Shown here piece by piece: positions 50,514 to 60,276 of a stretch of DNA of 64,000 nucleotides (the stretch's first letter is position 1; every line of letters starts with the position of its first letter). A program made the position numbers and the translations under genes. The notes beneath the pieces were generated by a model, which was given only the letters and a program-made list of their open reading frames with translations, was not told where the DNA came from and did not search any database. The DNA is taken from positions 192,001 to 256,000 of the forward strand of contig JADJFV010000035.1 of assembly GCA_016708435.1 (NCBI GenBank). Reading direction: 5' to 3'. The stretch comes from Leptospiraceae bacterium. GTDB taxonomy: Bacteria; Spirochaetota; Leptospiria; Leptospirales; Leptospiraceae.

Positions 50514-50753
50514 ATGCTATTAACCGAAGATGAAGTAGAACTCTATCAGAACCAACGAAATTTGGCGCTGTCTACAATTGATGATTTGACTGATTTAAAA
50601 ATATCCCTTTTAGAATCAGGAATGCCAGTCCCTCAATTTGTAAATAATTCTATCGGTTATTTAAAGAAGAAGTACCTGATCCAGGATCATACGATTGGTC
50701 AGGTACTTAGGACTCATGCAGGTGGACCTGCAAGCACTGGTTCTGGGTTTTAG
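50514..50753 (+). CDS. small hypothetical protein
   Basis: 79 aa ORF 3 nt after the MFS gene. Confidence 0.3.
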   Translation: MLLTEDEVELYQNQRNLALSTIDDLTDLKISLLESGMPVPQFVNNSIGYLKKKYLIQDHTIGQVLRTHAGGPASTGSGF

Positions 50754-51760
50754 AAATTAATCTCTGTCATCTTTCTGATGATGGTTCTTTGGTTTAATTC
50801 TATCGCTTTTACTTTTTTCTCAATCTCTCTATTCAACACCTTCAATACAACTCTATATGTATCAAATATATGCTTTTGACTTGCAAAAGGCAAAAGCTCA
50901 TTTGGGTCATTGAGTCTGTTGTTCATGGAAGCAAGATTTGTCATATCGGGAGAATCATTCACCCAGGGTAAATCTTTTGCTTTGTATGATGAATCGCGCG
51001 GCTTACTTGGAGTTTCTTTTACTTGCGGTGTTGTTTCTGGTTTTACATCCTTTGCTTCTGGCTTAGCTTTGTTATCCGCTGTAGGAGTAGGAGCAAGCTT
51101 TGGTGCTTCTAAGGCAGGAAGATTTTTATCATGTCCGGAATAATACTCAATCACTATATCGTTATTAGTATCAGGGGCAACGTTATCGTCTGTAATATTT
51201 TCCTCTTGGATTTTCTTACTGCCATTTTCTTTTTCTCCCTCTCTTTTTACAGGCTCAGTGGTATAGGGTGTTGGATTGATAATACGACGAACTTCTTTTA
51301 CATAAGTTGTCCCTGTGTAATTAACTTTTGAGAATTGAAAGATAACTTTAGAGAGAGACTTTCCATCTTCACTCAAATAGACAAATGCTTTTGTGTCGTA
51401 GATATGTCGATTCGGATAATCCTCGTAAGTTACACCTTGCCCTAAGTCCAATTTTAAATACGGTTTGTTGTCTTTGTCTTTGAAAAAGAGTTCATTTTTA
51501 TTGATGATGGATTCATCTATTGGTTCATGTTGAATGTATCTATACCCATTCTTCAAATAATTCTGATCAGCAAGTGTTTTGATTCGGGTTACGTTTAGCG
51601 CAATTGAATTGTGAAGTCGATCTAAGATTCGATCTGCAAATCCATGTGTCCGAATCGCGTCTATATATTTTAATTCGTCGATTTCAGATTGCTTGGGTGT
51701 GGTAGGTTCCGCAAATATTCCAAGAGCGGATACTAATAGTATGGCGATAAAAAATTTCAT
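50750..51760 (-). CDS. hypothetical secreted protein, proline/lysine-rich central region
   Basis: Signal peptide MKFFIAILLVSALGIFA. Confidence 0.5.
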   Translation of the reverse strand: MKFFIAILLVSALGIFAEPTTPKQSEIDELKYIDAIRTHGFADRILDRLHNSIALNVTRIKTLADQNYLKNGYRYIQHEPIDESIINKNELFFKDKDNKPYLKLDLGQGVTYEDYPNRHIYDTKAFVYLSEDGKSLSKVIFQFSKVNYTGTTYVKEVRRIINPTPYTTEPVKREGEKENGSKKIQEENITDDNVAPDTNNDIVIEYYSGHDKNLPALEAPKLAPTPTADNKAKPEAKDVKPETTPQVKETPSKPRDSSYKAKDLPWVNDSPDMTNLASMNNRLNDPNELLPFASQKHIFDTYRVVLKVLNREIEKKVKAIELNQRTIIRKMTEINF

Positions 51761-51802
51761 TTCATTCTCCTTTATGTATTATCGTTTTTCAGAGAGGCAA
51801 AA

Positions 51803-52468
51803 TTAATAAAACTCACCAAGATATTTCTTTTCAAGTGTTTTAAAATCTTCTGCTTCGACTACTTTGGAAGATTCTAGCTTTCCTTTAGTCAAAATTTGAA
51901 AGATCATCTTAGAGCCAACTTCTTTAGAGACTACACTTACTTCTTCCAATTTGCCTTTATTATCTTTGAAAATCTTACCCGGTAGAGAGCGAAGAACTAC
52001 AAACTTTTCAATATGCTCTTTATTTACGAGTTCTATGTTCAAGCGTTTTCCAAAATTCAGATAAGTAAGAGTCAATGAATCACTGTCTTTTTGGAAATTC
52101 TTTACATAGATTCCATCTTTATCGAATTCATTGAGTCCAATTAAATTATTATCCGTCCAGTATTCGATTAAGTTAAATACGAGTGCATCAGAGAATAATA
52201 CGACATAGACAGGAAATATAAAATAAACATAAGCAACTACAGTTCTGAGTGTTTTTCCAAAGAAACCTTCGCCGCCTAACGTTTCATTGAATGCATATGC
52301 CTTTCGGGTCAATGCAAATTTACCGAAACAATTTGCAGTGGATGTGAATGTAAAAAGAGTGATGAGTAATAATAACGTTAGCCGTTTAATGTTCTTGGTC
52401 ATGATTGTATTCCTTGTTGTAGTATCGAAAAAAGTTGGCACTTTAAATGATGTCACCCAGATTGTCAT
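51803..52468 (-). CDS. small membrane protein, paralogue of 52707..53312 (possibly DUF3332-like)
   Basis: Shares ANCFGKFALTRK ... NLIEYWTD ... LTYLNFG ... FVVLRS ... TKGKLESSKV blocks with its neighbour. Confidence 0.5.
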   Translation of the reverse strand: MTIWVTSFKVPTFFDTTTRNTIMTKNIKRLTLLLLITLFTFTSTANCFGKFALTRKAYAFNETLGGEGFFGKTLRTVVAYVYFIFPVYVVLFSDALVFNLIEYWTDNNLIGLNEFDKDGIYVKNFQKDSDSLTLTYLNFGKRLNIELVNKEHIEKFVVLRSLPGKIFKDNKGKLEEVSVVSKEVGSKMIFQILTKGKLESSKVVEAEDFKTLEKKYLGEFY

Positions 52469-52496
52469 TCCCAGAATCTCTGTCCCCGAAATCGCT

Positions 52497-52632
52497 CAAT
52501 GCTGCATAATTAAGAATTTTTCACCACGAAGGAAACGAAGATCACGAAGGAGTTTATTATAAAACTCTATCTTTTCTTCGCGTTCTTCGTGCCCTTCGTG
52601 GTTACTCTCTTCTTGGTTTTCCGACAGCATTG
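52497..52632. mobile_element. MITE-like hairpin element, CACGAAG family, copy C (variant TIR caatgctg...cagcattg)
   Basis: Arms caccacgaaggaaacgaagatcacgaagg / cttcgcgttcttcgtgcccttcgtgg; flanking gaaatcgct / gacatcgct. Confidence 0.6.
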
Positions 52633-52706
52633 GACATCGCTTGGAGGCAGTGTGTGATTCAAAAAGCTAACTCACCATGACATCATTTATAAAGCTAAAA
52701 AATTTA

Positions 52707-53312
52707 TTAGTAAATTTCGCCAGCGTATTTTTGTTCTAGTTGTTTGTAATCTTTTACTTCGATTACTTTGGATGATTCTAACTTGCCTTTTGTTGCCATA
52801 CGTAAAATCATTTTAGAACCAATGTTTTTAGAATCGACTGTAATCTCTTCTAGCTTATCATCTGTTTCTTTAAAGAATTTTCCTGGCTCAGATCTAAGAA
52901 CCACAAACTGATCTGATTTTCCGTTTTTGGAAACATCGATTACAAGTTTTTGTCCAAAGTTTAGGTAGGTTAGTTTTAATGACTCTCCTTCTTTTTGGAA
53001 ACTCTTTACATATTTGCCTTCTTTATTGTATTCGTTTAGTCCGAGTGGATTTGAATCTGTCCAGAATTCAATCAAGTTCAAGATAACTACGTCAATAAAC
53101 CAAACGATACCTGCAATGATTGGAATAAAGAAATAAACATACATAAGAATTGTTTTAACAATCTTACCTGCCCAATCATTTCCCATAAGCCCTTCATTTA
53201 ATCCATAGACTTTTCTAGTTAACGCAAATTTTCCAAAGCAATTTGCAAACGAAGTCAAGCTCACTCCTACAATTAAAAGTAATAGAGTAAGTTTTTTAAA
53301 CAATTTATTCAT
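52707..53312 (-). CDS. small membrane protein, paralogue of 51803..52468
   Basis: See paralogue; N-terminal TM plus a second hydrophobic segment. Confidence 0.55.
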   Translation of the reverse strand: MNKLFKKLTLLLLIVGVSLTSFANCFGKFALTRKVYGLNEGLMGNDWAGKIVKTILMYVYFFIPIIAGIVWFIDVVILNLIEFWTDSNPLGLNEYNKEGKYVKSFQKEGESLKLTYLNFGQKLVIDVSKNGKSDQFVVLRSEPGKFFKETDDKLEEITVDSKNIGSKMILRMATKGKLESSKVIEVKDYKQLEQKYAGEIY

Positions 53313-53396
53313 ATCGAAATCTCCTATATTATGTTACAGTTGGATAAATTCCCTATTCAGACAAGAAAAAAACTTTTTTAGGAAAAGAGAAAAACT

Positions 53397-53600
53397 ATTT
53401 TGCCACAGAGGCACAGAGAAATTTCTAGAGAGTCTTATTCAAAAAAAATTGCTTATTTTCGTTATTCAGGTTAACAATATTCAGTTACAGCTTGCTTATT
53501 TGCTCCAACTCTTTTTGGCTTTCCTTTATATGATGCACATGAATAAAATTGGCACAATTCCATAACCCTCTGTGACTACTCTGCGCCTCTGTGGCAAAAC
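53397..53600. repeat. MITE-like hairpin element, CACAGAG family (copy 2)
   Basis: ttttgccacagaggcacagagaaa ... ccctctgtgactactctgcgcctctgtggcaaaa. Confidence 0.5.
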
Positions 53601-53672
53601 ATTCTGATTAGATACAAATACATTGCACTTTTTTCCTTGACTGTAAATTTTCAGTGAAACAAGTAGTAAGGC

Positions 53673-53978
53673 ATGAACTCAAAAAAAATTGACATCAAAG
53701 ATTTTCTTCTCGGATTTTTAACTTGCCTTTGCCTATTGCTACTCACTAGCATATCAGGCTGTGGACGAACACTCTCAAGACTCGGACTGGGAGATCAAAA
53801 ACTCAATTTACCGAAAGATTTTAAATCCATGGTGAGCGTTAGCTTACACAAAGACTCAACAGGTGACACGGTCAAAGATTTAACCTACGAAACCTTAGAG
53901 GGAAAATTTAGATCCGTCGAATACAGAGATAAAATCTGGCACTTAGAAGGTGGAATTGTCTGGGAACAGGATAAGTAA
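53673..53978 (+). CDS. small hypothetical lipoprotein
   Basis: Lipobox LLTSISGCG. Confidence 0.4.
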   Translation: MNSKKIDIKDFLLGFLTCLCLLLLTSISGCGRTLSRLGLGDQKLNLPKDFKSMVSVSLHKDSTGDTVKDLTYETLEGKFRSVEYRDKIWHLEGGIVWEQDK

Positions 53979-54026
53979 TAGTAGCCGATGCTGGAGAATC
54001 GCAACTGCGTCGGGAGTAGCTAATCT

Positions 54027-55484
54027 ATGTTATTCACAAGTGTAGAATTTTTTATTTTCTTTGGGCTAGTCTTTTTTTATCAATGGTATGTGCATCCGTT
54101 GTTTACCAAAAAAGACGGAGACGAAGCTAGCACTTCCCTTCATGTATTCTTACTCATAGCTAGTTATTATTTTTATATGAGTTGGGACTATCGTTTCGGT
54201 GCCCTGATTCTAATTTCTACACTCATAGATTATTTTCTAGCAATCGAAATTGGTAAGTCAGAAGACCAAAAGAAAAGAAAGTTTTTTCTAATACTCAGTC
54301 TTTTTTTAAACCTAGGTTGTATCTTAGGATTTTTTAAATATTACAATTTTCTCGCTCACTCTTTTAATACGGCAGGGGAAACTCTCGGTTATTCTCCCTT
54401 CGTTCCTATTTTAAATATTATCCTTCCCGTAGGCATTTCTTTTTTTACGTTTCAGTCTTTGAGTTATACGATTGATGTATATCGAAGAGTAATTCCAGTA
54501 GAGAAGAGTCTAATTAAATTTGCACTCTTCGTTTCTTTTTTCCCGCAACTAGTAGCGGGACCGATTGTAACGGCTAAGACATTTATGCCGCAATTATTCA
54601 AGAAAGTAAAATTAGAAGATGTAAATTTCAAAAAAGCAATTCGGTATTTTCTCATGGGTTATTTTAAGAAAGTAATCATCTCGGATAATATTTCGCCTAT
54701 TGTAGATGTTATCTTTAAAAATCCAGAGAGTTATGGAACCTCTGCTCTATGGCTTGCCAATGCACTGTTCGCCGTTCAGCTTTATGGAGATTTTAGCGGA
54801 TACACTGATATGGCATATGCTTCTGGACTTCTACTGGGATACGAACTACCGGAAAACTTTCATTTGCCGTTCAAGGCAACTAGCGTGACTGACTTCTGGC
54901 GAAGATGGCATATCTCTCTTTCTACCTGGCTTAGAGATTATATTTATTTTTCCCTCGGTGGAAGTAAAAAAGGCTACGTGCGTCACAAATACAATTTATT
55001 TATGACGATGTTTCTTGGCGGTATCTGGCATGGAGCGAACTGGACTTTTTTCTTGTGGGGAACTTTCATGGGATTCTTCCTAGCAGTAGAAAGTGTATTC
55101 AGTGATTTAAAAGAAAAGTATTTTAAAGAAACCTTTTTGAAATACAATGTAATCGTAAATATATTCGGTTTTATTTACGGAATTGGAGCGGTTACACTTG
55201 CTTGTGCGCTCTTTCGCGGCGAGAGCATTGAAAAATCTCTGCTGATGATAAAGAATATGCTTACCTATGTAGCAGGAAGTCCAAGACCTTATATGATAAA
55301 GACGGGGGCTACGATGTTTGCAATCATTTTCATAGGTCACTACTTTGGACATTGGATATATGAAAATAAAAAAGATTATAAAATTCCTTATTGGCTTGAA
55401 GTTGCAAGTTATCCAATTATTATTTTAGGAATAGCTTATTTCACAAATGATAACGAAGCTCCATTCGTTTACTTTCAGTTCTAG
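54027..55484 (+). CDS. MBOAT family membrane-bound O-acyltransferase (AlgI/DltB-like)
   Basis: FFPQLVAGPIV and WRRWHISLSTWLRDYIYFSLGG MBOAT signatures including the conserved His. Confidence 0.8.
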   Translation: MLFTSVEFFIFFGLVFFYQWYVHPLFTKKDGDEASTSLHVFLLIASYYFYMSWDYRFGALILISTLIDYFLAIEIGKSEDQKKRKFFLILSLFLNLGCILGFFKYYNFLAHSFNTAGETLGYSPFVPILNIILPVGISFFTFQSLSYTIDVYRRVIPVEKSLIKFALFVSFFPQLVAGPIVTAKTFMPQLFKKVKLEDVNFKKAIRYFLMGYFKKVIISDNISPIVDVIFKNPESYGTSALWLANALFAVQLYGDFSGYTDMAYASGLLLGYELPENFHLPFKATSVTDFWRRWHISLSTWLRDYIYFSLGGSKKGYVRHKYNLFMTMFLGGIWHGANWTFFLWGTFMGFFLAVESVFSDLKEKYFKETFLKYNVIVNIFGFIYGIGAVTLACALFRGESIEKSLLMIKNMLTYVAGSPRPYMIKTGATMFAIIFIGHYFGHWIYENKKDYKIPYWLEVASYPIIILGIAYFTNDNEAPFVYFQF

Positions 55485-55495
55485 TTCTATCTCGT

Positions 55496-56200
55496 CTAAC
55501 GTATCGGTTGTGGCAAACCAGTAGTATTCGGCGTAAGACTTGTGCCGCCTGTGGTGCCAGTTGGACTTGTTGGATTTTGAGGAGTATCCGCAGGTTTAAA
55601 TTTAGACGGTGGATCTTCTCCAATGAAGGTTAATTTTGTTTTCTCTACACGCTCATATAATTTATCCTGAATGTTTCTAAACACAAAAGAACATTTCTCT
55701 GGATTAGAATAATCTTCTTTATAAATAAACATTGTGTCAAGAAACCAAGCAAATTCTCCGCGATTGACGAGAGGATTTTGAGATTTGGTAGTTCCTTTTA
55801 TTTTTTTATCGAAAATACTTGTATCGTCGGGGGAAGTTGATTTTGCTTCACTAAGGGATTTTTTGAACTCATCGCTTTTCTGTTTTGCTTTCTCGGAGTC
55901 GCTAGCTCCTTCTTTTTCAAAATCTCTTTGCTTCCTATTCCAATCGTCTTCCATTGCGATTTTTTTTAAGAGTGGGAGAATAATTCCATCTCTTTTTTTG
56001 AGTGCTTCTCGCTGACAGGATTTTCGCTCTTCTAAAATTGTTAGCTCGTCTTTGGTAAGAGGCACTTCCACAACAGCCTGAAAAAAATTACGCGAAATGA
56101 AACCGGTGTAATCTGTGTTCTGTAGCGGCTTAGAACGATAATTCGGATCAGCCGGTTTGCACAAAGAAAATAAAAAGAAAAGAAAAAATACAAGTTTCAT
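55496..56200 (-). CDS. hypothetical secreted/lipoprotein
   Basis: Signal peptide MKLVFFLFFLFSLCKP. Confidence 0.45.
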   Translation of the reverse strand: MKLVFFLFFLFSLCKPADPNYRSKPLQNTDYTGFISRNFFQAVVEVPLTKDELTILEERKSCQREALKKRDGIILPLLKKIAMEDDWNRKQRDFEKEGASDSEKAKQKSDEFKKSLSEAKSTSPDDTSIFDKKIKGTTKSQNPLVNRGEFAWFLDTMFIYKEDYSNPEKCSFVFRNIQDKLYERVEKTKLTFIGEDPPSKFKPADTPQNPTSPTGTTGGTSLTPNTTGLPQPIR

Positions 56201-56268
56201 ATTCTTGCATCATCAAATTTGTTTTGAGTAGGTCAAGTTTTAAATCAGAGCAGTTAAATTCGCACCTC

Positions 56269-56370
56269 ATTGCAGTTCATCTTGCAGTTTATGTTGCAGT
56301 CCAAATATACTTACAAATTTTTGTGGGTAAAGATAAACTGCAAGATGAACCGCAACATGGACTGCAAGTT
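56269..56370. repeat. long hairpin with triple TTGCAGT / ACTGCAA heptamer arms
   Basis: ttgcagttcatcttgcagtttatgttgcagtcc ... aaactgcaagatgaaccgcaacatggactgcaa. Confidence 0.5.
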
Positions 56371-56389
56371 GGTGTATCGGTTGTAAGAA

Positions 56390-56529
56390 TTTAACACGCT
56401 TACGCTAAAGCGCACAAAGTAAAAAGCCACAAAGGGCACTAAGGACTTAGTGTTGGAAAAAGAAACTTTGTGAGCCTTGTGAAATCCTTTGTGTTCTTAG
56501 TTTTAAAAAAAGTGGAATAAAAGATTCGG
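56390..56529. repeat. hairpin element, CACAAAG family, copy 1
   Basis: About 140 bp, about 93 percent identical to 58068-58207; arms gcgcacaaagtaaaaagccacaaagggcac / ctttgtgagccttgtgaaatcctttgtgttc. Confidence 0.65.
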
Positions 56530-56596
56530 AGACAAGTTTCGGAAGTCATGGAGCGATAATTCTTTTAGTTTACAAAATAGTGTTATCCGATTACAA

Positions 56597-56842
56597 TTGA
56601 AAATTATGGAAACTACAATGTCTTTAAAACAAATATCTAAACAGGCACTTTCTTTAAATGGAATACAAAGAGCAAAGCTCGCAGAGATGTTAGTCATTAG
56701 CCTTGATGTAAAAACATTATCTTCTATTGATAAATCTTGGATACAAATTGCATCAGATAGAAGAGAGGAGTTGACTTCTGGGAAAATAAAGAGTATAGAA
56801 GGAAAGAAAGCTCTCGCTCAAGCTAGAAAGCGATTAAAATAA
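56597..56842 (+). CDS. putative addiction-module antitoxin (TIGR02574-like small component)
   Basis: 81 aa; MSLKQISKQALSL..ERAKLAEML..SL pattern; overlaps downstream ParE-like gene (ATGA). Confidence 0.5.
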   Translation: MKIMETTMSLKQISKQALSLNGIQRAKLAEMLVISLDVKTLSSIDKSWIQIASDRREELTSGKIKSIEGKKALAQARKRLK

Positions 56843-57150
56843 TGAGATTTGAATTTCATCCTGAAGCTTTACAAGAATATGAGGAGGCAATAGATTATCA
56901 TTTACAAATAAACAAAAAGCTTGCGAATCTATTTGTTAGCGAAGTAGAGAAAAAAATAAAACTAATTTTAGAAAGACCCAAATCATATCCAATTCTTAGA
57001 AAAGACGTTAGGCGATGTCTATTGAATATTTTTCCGTATTGAATTCTCTATTCATTGGAAGAACATAATCCTGATTCAACAATCTTAATTTTAGCAGTAA
57101 TGCATTGTAGTAGAAAACCAAGTTACTGGAAAAGTAGAACGAAAAAATGA
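56842..57150 (+). pseudogene. ParE/RelE-family toxin interrupted by an in-frame TGA
   Basis: ORF 56842..57042 ends ...RRCLLNIFPY*; the same frame continues ILYSLEEHNPDSTILILAVMHCSRKPSYWKSR, which is the expected ParE C-terminus; reaches the ATG of the next gene. Confidence 0.5.
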
Positions 57151-58037
57151 AAAAAATATTCTCAAGAAATAAATCAATTGCGCTCTTGCTATTTTTGTTT
57201 GGGTATAATAATTTATTTGCGGTTAGTGTGATGACAAGTGCTACCTGTCAAGCACAACAAAGATTGACTCGAGAAATAGAAACTGCTCGTGAACTAGACA
57301 TTTGTAAGAATAGAACTAGAACATTTGAAGAGCGGCTAAAGGATAAACATGCTTTCTTATATTTAAAAATGCCGGAGTTAGGCGATGAGTATTTAGATTA
57401 CGATATTGACTATAGCCCTGAAGGTAAATCAAGAAAAGAGCGAGCCTTACCAATTTATATTGAACTAACCGGCGGGGCAGTGCTATTAAACCCTCCGAAA
57501 GAAGATAGAGAAAAATATCAGGTAAGTTCTGAAATAAAGGAAAGAATAATTTCAGAGAATTCTAGCATCACAAGAAGAAATTGCACCTTTATGGCAATAG
57601 GGTCTGAGTATTTATTTCCAATTCCAGCGAGAGAGGGAATACTCAGTGTTAAACTCTATTTCGATTATACGAATGATGAGGCGAGATACTCGTATTTGAA
57701 GAAAAATCCATTTTATAAAAATAGAATTCCGGAGAAATACTTTGATCAATTTGTTCACAGAGGCTTACAGACCCCCGTTAATTTTGAATCTGGTAAAATT
57801 TATCAGTTAGAAATACTTATTGACCCGAACTCATCAATTCCTCGCGGATCTTATAACGCAACTGCCCATTCTCCTTTTGAATGGAAACAGGAAACAGTCC
57901 CCGGCTTCACAATCACCCTCAAAGAACTACCGCCTAATACCAAGTTTGCGTTCGATGGGAAGGATGATGTTGGGAAAACTTATGAGCAAGTGAAAAAGGA
58001 ATTTATTTTGTATGATAAGAGTGCAGAGGAAAAATAG
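57147..58037 (+). CDS. hypothetical lipoprotein
   Basis: Signal peptide; no motif recognised. Confidence 0.45.
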   Translation: MKKIFSRNKSIALLLFLFGYNNLFAVSVMTSATCQAQQRLTREIETARELDICKNRTRTFEERLKDKHAFLYLKMPELGDEYLDYDIDYSPEGKSRKERALPIYIELTGGAVLLNPPKEDREKYQVSSEIKERIISENSSITRRNCTFMAIGSEYLFPIPAREGILSVKLYFDYTNDEARYSYLKKNPFYKNRIPEKYFDQFVHRGLQTPVNFESGKIYQLEILIDPNSSIPRGSYNATAHSPFEWKQETVPGFTITLKELPPNTKFAFDGKDDVGKTYEQVKKEFILYDKSAEEK

Positions 58038-58067
58038 GTTTAGCCTGAGCTTGAAAATAGAAAAAGA

Positions 58068-58207
58068 TTTTAACACGCTTACGCTAAAGCACACAAAGTA
58101 AAAATCCACAAAGGGCACTAAGAGCTTGGTGTAAGAAAAAGAAACTTTGTGAGCCTTGTGAAATCCTTTGTGTTCTTAGTGGTATAAAAAGTGGAATAAG
58201 ATATTCG
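58068..58207. repeat. hairpin element, CACAAAG family, copy 2 (direct orientation relative to copy 1)
   Basis: ttaacacgcttacgctaaagcacacaaagtaaaaatccacaaagggcac...ctttgtgagccttgtgaaatcctttgtgttcttag. Confidence 0.65.
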
Positions 58208-58242
58208 GGTAATTTTGTATTAGCTGCTAAATGGAAAATCTT

Positions 58243-60243
58243 TTACTCCAATAACAATCTCTTTTTATTCTCATCGAATTGTTCTTTGGATTTATTTCGG
58301 ATGGTTTTAAATGCATCGCCAGCGCTTTCGGATAATACAGAGCCTATCATGGCACCTACAGGACCACCGACTGTCATGCCTGCATAGACACTGGCTAACC
58401 ATACTTTGTCGATACTCAGTGGAACGTAACTTGATTTAGAATAGACGAGTGGAATTTTTATACCTGCTCCGGCGATGCGTGTGGATACTGCTAAGTTGAC
58501 TCGAATGTCTTCTGTTGGATTTTCTAAGCCAATATCAGCTGTTCCTTTTGTATTAAATACAAAGCCTTGCATATCTAAGTTTTTTACTTTGAATCTTTGG
58601 TTCTTTAGAGCGAAGTCAATGTCGATCGAATTAAACTTGGAAATGTTTGAGTTTAATTTGTCGTCTGTTGGAATGATTTTATTTAAGAATCGAATTGGGT
58701 AAAGAATATCAGCTTGTTCGAGTAGCACTCCTTCTTTCATTTGACTGTAACCGCTAAGGGTTAGATTTTTTAGGAAGTCTTTTTCGCCGTATTTATTGTC
58801 TGTTTGGAGTTTTACGTAGGTAGATAGAGTTCCTTCGGCAAATTTCTTTTTTAGGATTTGCTTTGTTATTTTTTCTAAGTTTACTCCTTCGATTTCTAGA
58901 TAGGCACTTGTCGAGACTCCATCTCTTAAATCTGCTTCCCCGGATAATAGCAAATTGCCTTCTGCTAGCTTTCTAAGCCCTAGATTGTAATTGAGAGAAG
59001 TATTCTTTAAAATTGTATTTGCATAGAAATTATATACGTCAATATTTTCATAGCTGATATGATTTGCTGTATACTTTAAGTCAATGAATGCTTCTAGGTT
59101 CTTTTGCTCGGATTGTTTTTGTTCTGATTTTGGCTGTTCGGTTTTAGTTTCTGGATTGGAAAGAGAATTTACTAATTCTAAAATCGGCGTGATGTGAACA
59201 AACGAAGAGTTTGCGCTTGCACGAATATTAGGACGATAAGTAAAATCCAAATCAGAATCAAGCTTTAAATCGAGTAGAGTCGGAAGAGTTAATCGTAAAT
59301 CTTTCGTTTTTACTTTTTTAGAAAGTAGGGGATAGTCTATATTACCTGCTAAACTAATCGGAGCAATTCGTTTTAAAAGGTTTTCTTTTGTTTTATACAA
59401 AATTGAATTTATTTTTAAATCTAGATTGTTTACTAAAAGCATTTGCTCTTTTTCTTTTTTTGTTTTGGCTTTTAGATTTAGATTTGAACCTACCACGCTT
59501 AGCGAAGGAATACTCTTTAGATAATGAGCGTATTCTTGCAATGGCAGGTTACTTAGAATTAGCTCCGCATCGAAGAATAAAGATTCTAAGTCTAGCTTAT
59601 CTGGAGAAATCCCTGCATTGCCTGTGAGGATAATATTCGTTTTCCCATAATCTACATTGAGCGAAATTGTAGCTTCTTGAAAAGATTCGTAGCTTAGTTT
59701 GATTTCTTTAGCAATTGGTTCATGGAGAATTTCTCTAGAGAAAGTTTTTACTTTTACTTCTACATTTTCTAGTAGAATCTGTTTTACTCTTAGGCGTGTA
59801 TTTAATAAATCAATGATTTCTTTTGGATCAGTTTCTGTTTCTTCTTTTACTTCCTCTTTTGTTTTGGGAAATGAATTGAGCAAAGCAGCTATATCGATAT
59901 ACCCATTTTTAAAAGAGAGATCGTCTACTTGTAATTTGCCGCCAGCAAATAAGGGAAGAAAAAATACAGCTAGATTTGCTTCTTGTAATTTTAAAATTTG
60001 TATTTCTTCTTTTTTTGTTTTTAGCTCTACTTCCTGTAGACCAAGTCGTAAATCTGGATAAACAGAAAGGTTTAATTGATTTAAGCTTAATTTATAATCA
60101 GAATAGTTTTCTACATTCTGCGTTATTAAGTCTTTGTAAAAATTCTTATCAAACAAAAGAGGAACATAGAGAACGAGTGGTAACGCAAGAAACAAAAGAA
60201 ATAAGATTGCAAAGAATTTTAATAGTTTTTTAATAAACTTCAT
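58243..60243 (-). CDS. AsmA-like outer-membrane biogenesis family protein (N-terminal TM anchor, large periplasmic domain)
   Basis: N-terminal TM helix, 666 aa beta-rich protein, C-terminal region resembling AsmA_2; assignment tentative. Confidence 0.45.
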   Translation of the reverse strand: MKFIKKLLKFFAILFLLFLALPLVLYVPLLFDKNFYKDLITQNVENYSDYKLSLNQLNLSVYPDLRLGLQEVELKTKKEEIQILKLQEANLAVFFLPLFAGGKLQVDDLSFKNGYIDIAALLNSFPKTKEEVKEETETDPKEIIDLLNTRLRVKQILLENVEVKVKTFSREILHEPIAKEIKLSYESFQEATISLNVDYGKTNIILTGNAGISPDKLDLESLFFDAELILSNLPLQEYAHYLKSIPSLSVVGSNLNLKAKTKKEKEQMLLVNNLDLKINSILYKTKENLLKRIAPISLAGNIDYPLLSKKVKTKDLRLTLPTLLDLKLDSDLDFTYRPNIRASANSSFVHITPILELVNSLSNPETKTEQPKSEQKQSEQKNLEAFIDLKYTANHISYENIDVYNFYANTILKNTSLNYNLGLRKLAEGNLLLSGEADLRDGVSTSAYLEIEGVNLEKITKQILKKKFAEGTLSTYVKLQTDNKYGEKDFLKNLTLSGYSQMKEGVLLEQADILYPIRFLNKIIPTDDKLNSNISKFNSIDIDFALKNQRFKVKNLDMQGFVFNTKGTADIGLENPTEDIRVNLAVSTRIAGAGIKIPLVYSKSSYVPLSIDKVWLASVYAGMTVGGPVGAMIGSVLSESAGDAFKTIRNKSKEQFDENKKRLLLE

Positions 60244-60276
60244 TGTTGTTAGTACCTAGTGGAAGGCTTGCTATCT

